Shown here piece after piece: positions 18,757-28,411 of a stretch of 64,000 bases of DNA. The notes below the pieces were generated by a model. It saw nothing but the letters and a program-made list of their open reading frames with translations. It was not told the origin of the DNA and searched no databases. Position numbers and translations under genes: made by a program. Every line of letters begins with the position of its first letter. Positions within the stretch are counted from its first letter, which is position 1. Source of the DNA: Dehalococcoidia bacterium (GTDB taxonomy: Bacteria > Chloroflexota > Dehalococcoidia > SM23-28-2 > RBG-16-64-32); the NCBI GenBank assembly GCA_963665775.2, contig CAXXTF010000002.1, positions 896,001 to 960,000 of the forward strand, given 5' to 3'.

Positions 18757-20007
18757 TTGAAAGAGAGTATCCTGGCCGCGATAGATGTCGGTAGCAGCAA
18801 GGTCTGCACACTGGTAGCGGAGGTCACTCCGGACGCGGACCTGCGCATCCTGGGGGTGGGCATCACGCCCGCGCAAGGCATCAGGAAGGGGATGGTCGAC
18901 AACATCCATGAGGCTACCGAGGCTATCGTCAACTCCGTGGAGCGGGCCGAACGTTCCAGCGGCAGCCGCATCATGTCCGCGCACGTAAGCATCGGCGGCA
19001 ACCACACTACCTCCCTGAACAACCGCGGCATCGCCACCATCCCGGGCAGACAACGACCGATCACTAATGAAGATATTGACCGGGCTATGGAAGGGGCCCA
19101 ATCGTTGAGCCTGCCCACCAATCGCGAGGTGCTGCACGCCGTTCCCCGCTTCTTCATCGTGGACGGCCAGGAACAGGTCACCGACCCCGTAGGCATGTTC
19201 GGCCAGCGGCTGGACATGGATACCCACATCGTCACCGGCTCCGTGACGGCCATTCAGAACCTCACCCAGTGCGTAGAGGGCGCCGGCGTCCAGGTGGAGG
19301 CGCTCGTCTTCGCCCCCATGGCCGCAGCGGAGGCCGTGTTAGAGGACGAGGAGAAGCAGCAGGGGGTGATCCTGGCGGACATCGGCGGCGGCACCACGGA
19401 CTTGGCGGTGTTTGTGGAGGGCGGCATCCTCCACACCTCTGTGCTGCCGGTGGGCGGCTATCATCTGACGCGCGACCTGGTCGCCGGGCTGCGCGCCCCC
19501 TTCTCCCACGTGGAGGAGGCGAAGCTGAACTTCGGCTCCGCCCTGCCCAGCCAGATCGACGCCGAGGAGACCGTGGAGCTGGAGGCGTTCGGGGGGCAAC
19601 GGGTCAAGGAGGTCTCCCGCCGACGCATCGCCGAGATACTGCAGGCGCGGGTGGAGGAGGTGCTGGAGATGATCTACATCGACGTCAAGCGGGCCGGCTT
19701 CGACGATATGATCGCCGCCGGGCTGGTCCTCAGCGGCGGCACGGCCGGCCTGCACGGCATCGCTGAGCTCGCCGAGCTCGTGCTCCGCATACCGGTGCGG
19801 ACCGGCGTGCCCCAGGGCATCCACGGCCTGGCGGATTCCCTCAACAGCCCGGCCTACGCCACCAGCGTGGGCCTGCTCCACTGGGCGATGCGCGCGAACG
19901 GGCACAACGGCCACGCCCCCCGGCGCCAGCTACGTTTGCCCGACCTACAGCCTAGGGGCCTTCTGGAAGCCATGCGCAAGTGGTTCAAAGCGCTCATACC
20001 GTCATAG
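18757..20007 (+). CDS. ftsA: Cell division protein FtsA
   Basis: IDVGSSKV, GIRKGMV, DIGGGTTD, VLSGGTA, YATSVGLL. Confidence 0.97.
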   Translation: MKESILAAIDVGSSKVCTLVAEVTPDADLRILGVGITPAQGIRKGMVDNIHEATEAIVNSVERAERSSGSRIMSAHVSIGGNHTTSLNNRGIATIPGRQRPITNEDIDRAMEGAQSLSLPTNREVLHAVPRFFIVDGQEQVTDPVGMFGQRLDMDTHIVTGSVTAIQNLTQCVEGAGVQVEALVFAPMAAAEAVLEDEEKQQGVILADIGGGTTDLAVFVEGGILHTSVLPVGGYHLTRDLVAGLRAPFSHVEEAKLNFGSALPSQIDAEETVELEAFGGQRVKEVSRRRIAEILQARVEEVLEMIYIDVKRAGFDDMIAAGLVLSGGTAGLHGIAELAELVLRIPVRTGVPQGIHGLADSLNSPAYATSVGLLHWAMRANGHNGHAPRRQLRLPDLQPRGLLEAMRKWFKALIPS

Positions 20008-20057
20008 AATATCGACAGATTCAAGCGATAGCTGAGAAAGAGAAAAGGAGGCAGGCA

Positions 20058-21128
20058 GTGGCAACAAGAGCGAACCTAGACGGCCTTCCGCCTATAACGG
20101 TGGTCGGCATAGGGGGCGGCGGTTGCAACGCCGTTAACCGCATGGTCCAGGAGCGGATCGGCGGCGTCGAGTTTGTGGGGATCAACACCGACGCCCAGGC
20201 CCTGATGCGCTGCGAGGCCGAGACTCGCATGCGCATCGGCGACCGGATCACGAGGGGGCTCGGTGTAGGGGGCGATCCCGAGCGAGGCCGGGACGCCGCC
20301 GAGGAGTCGCGCGATGAGCTGAAGGACGCCATCAAGGGCGCGGACATGGTGTTCATCACCGCCGGCATGGGCGGCGGCACCGGTACCGGCGCTGCCCCCT
20401 TGGTAGCTCAGGTGGCCAAGGACGCCGGCGCCCTCACCATCGCCATCGTCAGCAAGCCCTTCTCCTTCGAGGGCGCTCACCGGCGGCAGATCGCCGAGCA
20501 GGGGATCGCCCAGCTACGGAAGGAGGTCGATACCCTCATCGTCATCCCCAACGACCGCCTGTTGGCCATCTGCGACCAGAAGGCCACCGTGGCAGAGTCC
20601 TTCCTGATGGCCGACGACGTTTTGCGCCAGGGCATTCAGGGGATATCCGAGCTCATTACCGTGCCGGGGGAGATCAACCTGGATTTCGCCGATGTCCGCC
20701 GCATCATGTCCGAAGCCGGCCCCGCCATCATGGCCATCGGCCGCGCCGGGGGCGAAAACCGAGCCGTACAGGCGGCGCAGGCGGCCATCTCCAGCCCCCT
20801 GCTGGACGTCAGCATCCACGGCGCCAGCGGCATCCTGTTCAACGTCACCAGCTCCGGCGATATTGGGTTGCACGAACTGAACATGGCCGCCCAGGTCATC
20901 GCCGAGGTGGTCGATCCGGAGGCGGAGATCATCTTCGGTACCGCCACTGACCCCGATCTGGGCGATGAGGTGAAGATTACCCTTATCGCCGTCGGTTTCG
21001 CCCTCCCCGAGGTGTTCGAATCGCAGGCCGACGACGAGGAGTTCCACCGAATACGGGCTGACGCCCTGGATAATACCGGGGATACCGACCTGCCAACGTT
21101 TCTTCGCCGGCCCGTCTCAATACGTTAA
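20058..21128 (+). CDS. ftsZ: Cell division protein FtsZ
   Basis: GGGGCNAVNRM, NTDAQAL, GMGGGTGTG, NLDFADV, C-terminal DLPTFLRR; AAGGAGG RBS before GTG 20058. Confidence 0.98.
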   Translation: MATRANLDGLPPITVVGIGGGGCNAVNRMVQERIGGVEFVGINTDAQALMRCEAETRMRIGDRITRGLGVGGDPERGRDAAEESRDELKDAIKGADMVFITAGMGGGTGTGAAPLVAQVAKDAGALTIAIVSKPFSFEGAHRRQIAEQGIAQLRKEVDTLIVIPNDRLLAICDQKATVAESFLMADDVLRQGIQGISELITVPGEINLDFADVRRIMSEAGPAIMAIGRAGGENRAVQAAQAAISSPLLDVSIHGASGILFNVTSSGDIGLHELNMAAQVIAEVVDPEAEIIFGTATDPDLGDEVKITLIAVGFALPEVFESQADDEEFHRIRADALDNTGDTDLPTFLRRPVSIR

Positions 21129-21229
21129 CTAACGCCGGATCACGCCGCCAGCGTGGCTTCGGCGCTAGGATTCCGCAAGCGTCTAGGGAAAGGAGGTTTT
21201 ATAGAGCGGGACAAAAGTTGACCGACCGC

Positions 21230-21333
21230 TAGCACGACCGTCCCGGCATCGGTCGGGACAAGGCGCCGCAGGGCTGTTTGCCTCCCCAGACGTCCCTGCG
21301 GCGTCGCCTTTCCCCGCCACTGGCGAGATGCCA
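21230..21333. repeat. Palindromic ~100-bp element, copy 1 (related copies at 22771-22823, 29241-29335, 30092-30144)
   Basis: Arms GGCATC..AAGGCG..CCGCAGGG / CCCTGCGG..CGCCTT..GATGCC; the right arm recurs three more times. Confidence 0.7.
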
Positions 21334-21429
21334 CACGAAGCTTGGCGTCAGGAACAAAGTTGCGCTGGTGGACGTTTTGTACAAGCTAGGCTCGCAATGA
21401 ACTTTCCCAAAACTCACCAAAACGGATGA

Positions 21430-21470
21430 TTGACAATGTTACCCACGTAGAATATTAAGGTAGTACATTG
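21430..21470 (+). promoter_or_regulatory. Putative sigma70 promoter with an overlapping imperfect inverted repeat
   Basis: TTGACA 21430-21435, 17-nt spacer, TATTAA; CAATGTTACC ... GGTAGTACATTG. Confidence 0.45.
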
Positions 21471-21499
21471 CGATCTGTGAATTGCACGGAGGATACGAA

Positions 21500-22336
21500 A
21501 TGAAAATGGCTGGAGCGCCCAGAGCCCTTGTAGTGCTACTTCCGGTCCTGGCCATTGCCGGCGCGGTCCTAGCTTTCCTCTTGGTGGACAGGTCATCCGG
21601 CACTCCCGATGCGGCAGCCGTGCTTGCCCGCGCTCAAGCTGCTGAAGAGGAAGTCCTCAGCCAATTAACTGAGGGCAAAGTCCTACACGTTCAGGACAGG
21701 ATATATAAGAGGCATGGCCCGGCCGCCGAAACCATCAAGGATCGGTCGTCCGAATGGTACCTGCCGGAAACGCGTGTCACGGACACCTGGGCCGAGGTGG
21801 GGACGGGGGGCGAAATTGTGCGTATATGGGGCTTAGTTAAGGATGAGAGGACCGGCTCGCTCTTGCAGAGAACCGTAACGACCGGGAGTGAGATAGTCAT
21901 CCAAGACGTAGCCACAGGGGAAGAGAAACAAATACCGTTTGCTGTCTCTGTGCAGGATTTGTTAACTCGCCTGAATGAGGCGATAGAGGCGAGGGCGGAG
22001 CAGAGCCAGAGCGGTTCTGAGGTTAGCGGCGAGGAGATGATAGGCAACCGGACAGTGATCGTACTGGACGGGCCAGCTAGTCCATACCTATCGGCGGCGG
22101 CGGAACAGGAGAGCACTTTTGCGGGAGGCGGCTACTCCCTGCCGTATGTGGTGGACCTTGAGCCGGTAAGTATCTTCCGCCGGGTCACCGTAGACAAGGA
22201 GTCATTCGTGCCGCTACGGTGGTCCTTCGTGGTCGTCGATGCCGCTGGCAACGAGTACATCATAGAAGAGAGGCAGCGGCTTGTGTTTGAGGCGGTAGAC
22301 GTCAGCCAGGTTCCGATCATCCTTGGAGCGAGGTAG
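21500..22336 (+). CDS. Membrane-anchored exported hypothetical protein (possibly LolA-like fold)
   Basis: GGAGG RBS, N-terminal TM helix followed by VLARAQAA, beta-rich body. Confidence 0.75.
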   Translation: MKMAGAPRALVVLLPVLAIAGAVLAFLLVDRSSGTPDAAAVLARAQAAEEEVLSQLTEGKVLHVQDRIYKRHGPAAETIKDRSSEWYLPETRVTDTWAEVGTGGEIVRIWGLVKDERTGSLLQRTVTTGSEIVIQDVATGEEKQIPFAVSVQDLLTRLNEAIEARAEQSQSGSEVSGEEMIGNRTVIVLDGPASPYLSAAAEQESTFAGGGYSLPYVVDLEPVSIFRRVTVDKESFVPLRWSFVVVDAAGNEYIIEERQRLVFEAVDVSQVPIILGAR

Positions 22337-22357
22337 CTGTTATATCATTAGGGTGAA

Positions 22358-22828
22358 GTGCTCTACCTGGCTTCCGTTGCATACCTCTTTCTTGCTTACC
22401 CGGCCTACATCTTGTTCGTGGCTCTAGCGCTGCGCCGAGGCTGGTCGGCTCACCTGACCGGTGCGCATATGGTCTGGCCAATCACAATGGTTGTGTTGCC
22501 TGCTGTGCTGGCAGGAACGTTCTATCTCCTCCTAGTAAATGACGCGGCCTCTAACGAATCGCATGACGGCGGCATCCTACGCTGGATTCTTCTTGGATAC
22601 GTCTTAGGTGCATCGCTATTCATCGTCGGCTCGGCACTCGGGTTGAGAGAGCGGGACTCAGGGCTTCCCTATCGCACTCTAGGCTGGAGCATTATGGCCG
22701 GAATAACGTTGATCCCGAGCTATATCTTGATCTTGTTCGTTCCTTTGGCTGGCCTGGTCGCGTTCTGGGTGCCTCCTCGGAAGTCCCCACGGGGTCGCTT
22801 CCTCCGCCACCGGCGAGATGCCAGCTAG
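22358..22828 (+). CDS. Hypothetical integral membrane protein, copy 1
   Basis: Several TM segments; near-identical to 29703-30149. Confidence 0.7.
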   Translation: MLYLASVAYLFLAYPAYILFVALALRRGWSAHLTGAHMVWPITMVVLPAVLAGTFYLLLVNDAASNESHDGGILRWILLGYVLGASLFIVGSALGLRERDSGLPYRTLGWSIMAGITLIPSYILILFVPLAGLVAFWVPPRKSPRGRFLRHRRDAS

Positions 22829-22948
22829 GTCGCGGAGGAAACCGGCAGAGGAGGACCACGGTGACACTAACAGGTCATAGCGTTCAGTCGAGACGGGGAA
22901 AAGCATTCCGCGATTGCAAGCCGCCCATTACCTCCCAGAACAGAACTG

Positions 22949-24154
22949 TCAGCCGCCGCTCCTGACGATACCGTCCTGCTCAAGCTGCCGGATTTCGTCC
23001 TCGCCGTAACCTGCCTCTCGGAGGAGCTCCCGAGTGTGTTGGCCCAGGACCGGGGCGAAGCTCTGAAAGGTTGCAGGGGTCCGCGAGAAACGGGTGGGAG
23101 AGCCCAACTGCCGCACTCGGCCCTCCGTAGGGTGCTCCAGTTCCCAGGCCATGCCGATGTGGCGCACCTGCGGGTCTTCCAAGGCTTCGGAGACGTCATT
23201 CACCGGTGCGGCACAGGTGTCCGCCTCCCAGAGGATCTTGAGCCACTCGTCCCGATCCTTGGTGAGGAAGATCTCCTGAACCTCCCTGATCATCTGGTCA
23301 TACTCAGGGCTTGCCGCCCGCTGCAGAGAAATGAACTCCTCCCGTCCGATGGCCCGACAGAAGTTCTCAAAGAAATAAGTCTCGGCGTTGCCGGTGCTTA
23401 AGTACCTACCGTCCTTGCATCTCAAGAAACTGAGGCTGGAGCCAGCCCTCCTACCAGGGTCAGCAGCTGAAATTCCTTGCAGCTGTGCCGATAGCGTGGG
23501 AAGAGCGAAGGCCATAACGCTCCCAAGCATGGAGACATCAATATACTGTCCTTCTCCGGTCTGCTCCCGTTCCAAAAGAGCAGCAAGGATGGCGATGGCG
23601 GCGAATAGGCTGCTCGTGCAGTCAGCGCTGGGGAGGCCGTGGCTGCTAGGCTCCCCTTCGCTGTTCAGCGTGGCAGAGAGGGTGCCGGCAAAGGCGGCGA
23701 TCTGGGGATAGTGGGCTGGGAGCTTGACGTAGGGCCCGCTCTGGCCGAAGGCGGACAGGCTGCAGTAGATAATCCTCGGATTGTGTTGCCGTAAGGTCTC
23801 GTAGTCCACCCCCATCCAGTTCACCACCGCTGGCCGGTACCCCTCCAGTACCACGTCAACTGCACGGACCAGCTTGTAAAACACCTCCTGGGCCTGGGGG
23901 CGCTTCTCCGGATCCAGGAGGTTCAGGGCGATGCTTTTCTTGTTGCGTGCCAGACTGTTGTGAGCCGCCGATCTGACCTCCTCGTCAGGGGTCGGATCGG
24001 GAGGCGTGAAGATGTCACGGCCCATGCCGTAGCGTGGCAGGGGCTCCTCCACCTTGATCACCTCAACGCCCATGTCGGCCAGAATGTGGGAGGCGAAAGG
24101 CCCTTGCAGCAACCGGGACAGGTCGAGCATCCGATAGTTCCGTAGCGACGCCAT
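22949..24154 (-). CDS. Family III CoA-transferase (CaiB/BaiF)
   Basis: LDLSRLLQGP, ADMGVEVIKVE, RNKKSIALNL, NPRIIYCSLSAFGQSGPY, APVLGQHT. Confidence 0.95.
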   Translation of the reverse strand: MASLRNYRMLDLSRLLQGPFASHILADMGVEVIKVEEPLPRYGMGRDIFTPPDPTPDEEVRSAAHNSLARNKKSIALNLLDPEKRPQAQEVFYKLVRAVDVVLEGYRPAVVNWMGVDYETLRQHNPRIIYCSLSAFGQSGPYVKLPAHYPQIAAFAGTLSATLNSEGEPSSHGLPSADCTSSLFAAIAILAALLEREQTGEGQYIDVSMLGSVMAFALPTLSAQLQGISAADPGRRAGSSLSFLRCKDGRYLSTGNAETYFFENFCRAIGREEFISLQRAASPEYDQMIREVQEIFLTKDRDEWLKILWEADTCAAPVNDVSEALEDPQVRHIGMAWELEHPTEGRVRQLGSPTRFSRTPATFQSFAPVLGQHTRELLREAGYGEDEIRQLEQDGIVRSGG

Positions 24155-24400
24155 CCTTGTGTCCTCCTTGCCTTTTATCCGGAATTCCCCATATCAAGCT
24201 GTCTGGGCCGCGAGTAAGGTGCCGTCTGGACGGCGCAGCCTCTTCCAAGATTCGCCGCACGCTCCACTATCGCCGACTCGATTATCCCAGCGAACGCCCC
24301 TGTTTCAGGCCAGCCTAATGCAGCGAGCAATCGGCTGGAAGCCCGGGCGAGGATCGTAGCACTATTGCGCCTTAGTGTGACGGAACGTCTCCCAGCGAGC

Positions 24401-24727
24401 TTATTGCATCGGCGAGAATGGAGTGGGCCTCAAGATCTCGTTCGTGGTCCGTTGAATGAGGGGCCCGTCCTTTTCAGACTCGACAAATATCCGCTGTCTT
24501 TCGGGATCTGCTACGAATTCCGAGAATGCTTTCTCCCGATGCTCCATATCATCGTAGGCCAGCATGTAGATGAGGCGATCGCTCGAGTCGCCTATGACAG
24601 TCGTCCAGAATCCGACGACCGTGATTCCGTGCTGCTCGAACAGCCGAATGGTGTGATCCGCGAATCTGTCCTGCAAGGCCTGCATCTTGCCTGGATACGA
24701 CTCGTAAGTCCGCAGTTCATATATCAA
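24401..24727 (-). CDS. NIPSNAP-family protein
   Basis: IYELRTY, PGKM, RF..HT..LF..HGI, LRPTPFSP. Confidence 0.93.
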   Translation of the reverse strand: MIYELRTYESYPGKMQALQDRFADHTIRLFEQHGITVVGFWTTVIGDSSDRLIYMLAYDDMEHREKAFSEFVADPERQRIFVESEKDGPLIQRTTNEILRPTPFSPMQ

Positions 24728-24744
24728 TGTAGTCCTTTCTGAAT

Positions 24745-24895
24745 CAGCGAGCTGCTTGGCGTCCTTGGGCGTTCAAGGCTCTGAGGTACAGGTTACTCTC
24801 GTTCCACAGATTCGTCAGGTTGAACTTGCGGATCTTCCAGCCCTGCTCAGTCCGGATCAGCTTGCTGTTGTAGTACCCCACGATGGTCCACCGGC
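24745..24895 (-). pseudogene. C-terminal fragment of a SnoaL/NTF2-like protein
   Basis: Manual translation of the minus strand: RWTIVGYYNSKLIRTEQGWKIRKFNLTNLWNE...*; no N-terminus. Confidence 0.7.
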
Positions 24896-24967
24896 TGGCA
24901 CGGAGTCCCGCACTATGCGAAACGTCATGCCGCGTGACTACTCCGATGAACCAAAGAGCTCCCAGGA

Positions 24968-25078
24968 TGGTCTTTCTCCAGACGAGGCAGAATCTGCGAG
25001 ACCTCAGTCAGGCGTCGGATGCCATAGGAGACGCCGTCCTTGCGGACTACCTCGGCAGGAGGCGGGTCGTTCTCCATG
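24968..25078 (-). pseudogene. N-terminal fragment of a paralog of the 26830-27739 gene
   Basis: MENDPPPAEVVRKDGVSYGIRRLTEVSQILPRLEKD versus MENDPPPVEVVTKDGVTYRIRQLTEVSQVLPRLERD. Confidence 0.85.
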
Positions 25079-25109
25079 CGGTTATTTCTATAGACGTGAT
25101 GAACATCGG

Positions 25110-26030
25110 TCAGCCCGTGACCGGCATGTTGGCGGTCGCCCAGGCGTCGAACTTCGTGAACGGCTTTGTGGTGACGGTTTTGGCGAGGGCGATTTTGCTA
25201 GAGGCGTCGGGGCCAAAGTAGGTATGGGCCTCGAAATAGGAGAACATCTCGCGCACGGCGGGGGCCCACGGGGATTGAGCATCCCAGTCCCTGGCCGACA
25301 CCTCCTCGAAGGCGATGTCGTGGCCTTGGCGGCGGAGCACGGTGATGATGTCATCCCAGCTAAGCAGGTCTCCCGCGAGGGATAGGTGCTGCCCGGCGCC
25401 AACCTGTTCGGGCTTCTCGAACGCGCCCACGACGAGGTGCCCGAGCTCGCTGATGTCTCCCATGTGAATGCCACGAGCGTCTCGCCGCATGGGCTGGCTC
25501 CAGGTGGGTGTGCCGTCGCGACCGGGCTGCTTGGGGTACATGGGCGAAGTCAGGTTCTGGAAGTAGAAGGGCGGCTCAACGAAGGTGAAATAGTCGAAGC
25601 CCGCGGCCTCCACAGCGCCATCGACCCGGGCCTTATTGGTGAAGTGGGGCACCTGGAAATTGCCGTCAGAGATTTCCGCCACGCTCGGCAGCGTCGACCA
25701 AATGAAATGCGTCACACCCGCTGTCTTTGCGGCGTCGACCATCGCTTTGCCCTGGGCAATCTCGTCGGTGTCGGGTCCGGCGAACGAGTTGGTATTTGCA
25801 AACACGCCGTAGACCCCTTCGAACGCCTGACGTAGCGTGTCTGGCGCGTCGAAATCGGCCTCAACCACTTCGTCGGCGAGCCCGGCGGCCTTGGCGGGGT
25901 TGCGAGTCAAGGCGCGCACGACATAGCCACCGTGCGCTTGCAGGGCACGAACGACCGCTCCCCCCTGCGTCCCGGTGGCTCCGGCAACTGCGATGATTCT
26001 CTTCTTTGATTCGGACATGTCTGCCTCCAT
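25110..26030 (-). CDS. NmrA/HSCARG-family NAD(P)-binding protein (start 26030 or 26018)
   Basis: VAGATGTQGGAV, VRALTRNP, QGKAMVDAA, HFIWSTL, PHFTNK. Confidence 0.93.
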   Translation of the reverse strand: MEADMSESKKRIIAVAGATGTQGGAVVRALQAHGGYVVRALTRNPAKAAGLADEVVEADFDAPDTLRQAFEGVYGVFANTNSFAGPDTDEIAQGKAMVDAAKTAGVTHFIWSTLPSVAEISDGNFQVPHFTNKARVDGAVEAAGFDYFTFVEPPFYFQNLTSPMYPKQPGRDGTPTWSQPMRRDARGIHMGDISELGHLVVGAFEKPEQVGAGQHLSLAGDLLSWDDIITVLRRQGHDIAFEEVSARDWDAQSPWAPAVREMFSYFEAHTYFGPDASSKIALAKTVTTKPFTKFDAWATANMPVTG

Positions 26031-26107
26031 GCCGCTGATTGTACACCCGATAGATGCGGCTTTTAGGGCGTGCGTGTGTGCGTGCGGTAACGGTCCTAGG
26101 CGATCGC

Positions 26108-26575
26108 TCAGTCACCCGGATGCTGCTGTGGCCCTGCGCGACGCCCTTCTTCAGAAAAGGCGAAGGCAGTTAGTAAGGTGGCAAGGCCGAACGTGAGAAC
26201 GCCCACAGGCACGTGGATCGCTAAGAGGTCTCTATTGTCCCGTCCTGCATAACCAAGGCTGGATTGAGCGATCACGAGAGTCGCTAGTAGGACCGTGAGG
26301 ACCAGAACGCGCCGAGACCATCTAGTCCTCGTGACAAACACTAGGACGACGTGAACGATCACGAAAACGGTGAGGGCACTTGCGACCATCTCGTGGATAT
26401 CTACAGCCTCGCGATCGACAAAGAGAAAACGTCCGGCCAGTACGGCCTGCGTGAAGATCAGGAGCGTGACCAGGAGCGCCAGCCAACGATACAGGCCGGT
26501 CATCATCGGGGACGTTTCATGTGATTCCCACTCCATTACTCCAGGCAGTCGCCTGGGCTGAACTTTTGAAGTCAT
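26108..26575 (-). CDS. Four-TM membrane protein with His residues in the helices (DUF6220-like)
   Basis: QAVLAG, DIHE, QSSLG, AIHVPVG. Confidence 0.7.
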   Translation of the reverse strand: MTSKVQPRRLPGVMEWESHETSPMMTGLYRWLALLVTLLIFTQAVLAGRFLFVDREAVDIHEMVASALTVFVIVHVVLVFVTRTRWSRRVLVLTVLLATLVIAQSSLGYAGRDNRDLLAIHVPVGVLTFGLATLLTAFAFSEEGRRAGPQQHPGD

Positions 26576-26829
26576 TCTAGCATGCAGGAAACCCCTTTTG
26601 CCCTGCTACTGCAGATAGAGAGGGACCCCCTTTTCGCTTCTCTGATAATAGCCGGCAGGCTCTATACGTACGGTTAGAGCGGCCCGGTTGCCTTCCCGTC
26701 CTCGTGGCCCCTCAGCCGCGAGCGCTACCGAGTACCAGGGAACGGCACCGACAGCGACGAAAACATGGCGCTCTGCGCTCGCGATTTCCTCATGCACTAT
26801 AGTGCTTATGTAAAGTATGGGAGTGCCAG

Positions 26830-27739
26830 TCAGGCGCCGTTCTTGCCCCTGCATCGTGCCAGAACCCGCCGAACGAGGCTGGCCATGCCAACCGGGTCGC
26901 GACGGTAGGCCCTTGTCGACAACGCATAAGTAGGCTGAGACGCCACAAGGAAACCGGGGCGAATTGCCTCTGTAATCCGGGCTCCTGCTTCACTTCGCAC
27001 AGTCAACACGGTGAGGTACTTAGACAATGCGTATCGACACTTCACACTGACCAACGCCCGAGATAATCCTCGACCCCGGCACTTGGAAGGTGTGAACGAT
27101 GGACCCGAAAATGCGACACCGTATGTCGGAGAAAATGCCAGAGTGATGGACACCGACGCAAGTCGACCATCAACATACGCGCCGTACCAGATTCCTCTGT
27201 CGATTGACCGCCCCCGGGTAGATGCTCGGAGATCTCATAGACCAAATTAGGCGGTTGACCTGGCCGACATCAGTGCCGGTCAGTATCCTGGCATTGCAAT
27301 CAAAGGACAGCAGGCCTTCATCTGTCACACCATATGCTGGGGCTGGGGCACCCCGCTGCAAATAGTAGTGACGCTTAAGTATTGGCCTATGTTCCGGGCG
27401 GGCCCACAGATACACGAAGCGCGGGCCAGGGTGCAAGGACAGTATGACGCCAAGCGCCTCTGGGTCGCCCATGCAGAAGAGGTCGGCCCCGAAACCGTAA
27501 AATTCGCTCCTCAGACTGTCTGTGCCGCTCATCACCAGCGCCTCGCCGGTTTCGCCTTCCGCCACGTACCACCTCGTGTACGGGAAGCGCTCCGGCTCCA
27601 GTTGGCAGATGGCATAGACTGCGAACACTCGGTCTCGCTCCAGACGAGGCAGGACTTGCGAGACCTCGGTTAGCTGTCGGATGCGGTAGGTGACACCGTC
27701 CTTGGTCACCACTTCAACAGGAGGCGGGTCATTCTCCAT
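26830..27739 (-). pseudogene. Frameshifted GNAT-like acetyltransferase
   Basis: N-terminal ORF 27170-27739; continuation YGAYVDGRLASVS...FTPSKCRGRGLSRAL (acetyl-CoA motif RGRG) in another frame. Confidence 0.65.
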
Positions 27740-27845
27740 GCCGTCGATTCTACCACCCGGTAGCGCCTGGGCGTTTTAGGGATCGAGAGCGAGCGGGCGT
27801 CTAAGCGAGTTACAGCCACGCCTCACAGTCAGCGGTAGCGCGGCG

Positions 27846-28397
27846 TCACGCCAGCGACCCGAGCCAATCTTCCACCTCACGCGATGAGCGTAGTTCGATA
27901 ACGGTGGCGTGATGCGGGGTGCCTGCAAATGCCATTCGGGTGCTTCTCGCGTGTGCCCGCCAGCGAATGATTCCCCGAAGCAGTATCGGGTGCCTGCTGA
28001 GGAATGCTCTCCGGAACGATTCGCGATTCGTCCCCCAGAGCAGCTCCTTGCTCCAGGACCTAGTTATTGTCCGCTTGAGGAGCCGCCAGTACGCAACTCG
28101 AAAGGGAGGGCGAAGCCATACAACCGTGTCGGCCATCGGAAGAATTGAGTCTATTACATTGCGGTAGTCACCGTCGCACACCCAGCCCTCGTCGTGCTGA
28201 GCGAGTGCTTCGACGACGTTAGCCCGGAACTCTTCAGTTGGAGTCTCCTGCCAGTTTGGCCGGTGAAAGAAGGCGTCCATCTCAACCACAGGGAGGCTTA
28301 GGGATATCCCTATCTGGCGGGCGACGGTGGTCTTCCCTGACCCCGTCGCCCCGTAAACGACTATGCGCGACCGGACGCGTGCGGACTTTCCTGCCAC
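27846..28397 (-). CDS. P-loop kinase, adenylate kinase / FlaR-like
   Basis: GATGSGKTT, MDAFFHRPNW, WVCDGDY, ADTVVWL, NRESFR. Confidence 0.88.
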   Translation of the reverse strand: MAGKSARVRSRIVVYGATGSGKTTVARQIGISLSLPVVEMDAFFHRPNWQETPTEEFRANVVEALAQHDEGWVCDGDYRNVIDSILPMADTVVWLRPPFRVAYWRLLKRTITRSWSKELLWGTNRESFRRAFLSRHPILLRGIIRWRAHARSTRMAFAGTPHHATVIELRSSREVEDWLGSLA

Positions 28398-28411
28398 TGC
28401 AACGCTCAGCT

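Noticed and set aside
21189-21220. Strong AAAGGAGG RBS after ftsZ suggesting a small gene
   Set aside because: It is followed by ATA and a stop within six codons; at most the scar of a lost gene
24393-24754. 9-bp direct repeat CAGCGAGCT flanking the NIPSNAP gene as a target-site duplication
   Set aside because: The right copy is within the last codons of the upstream SnoaL-like fragment; probably chance
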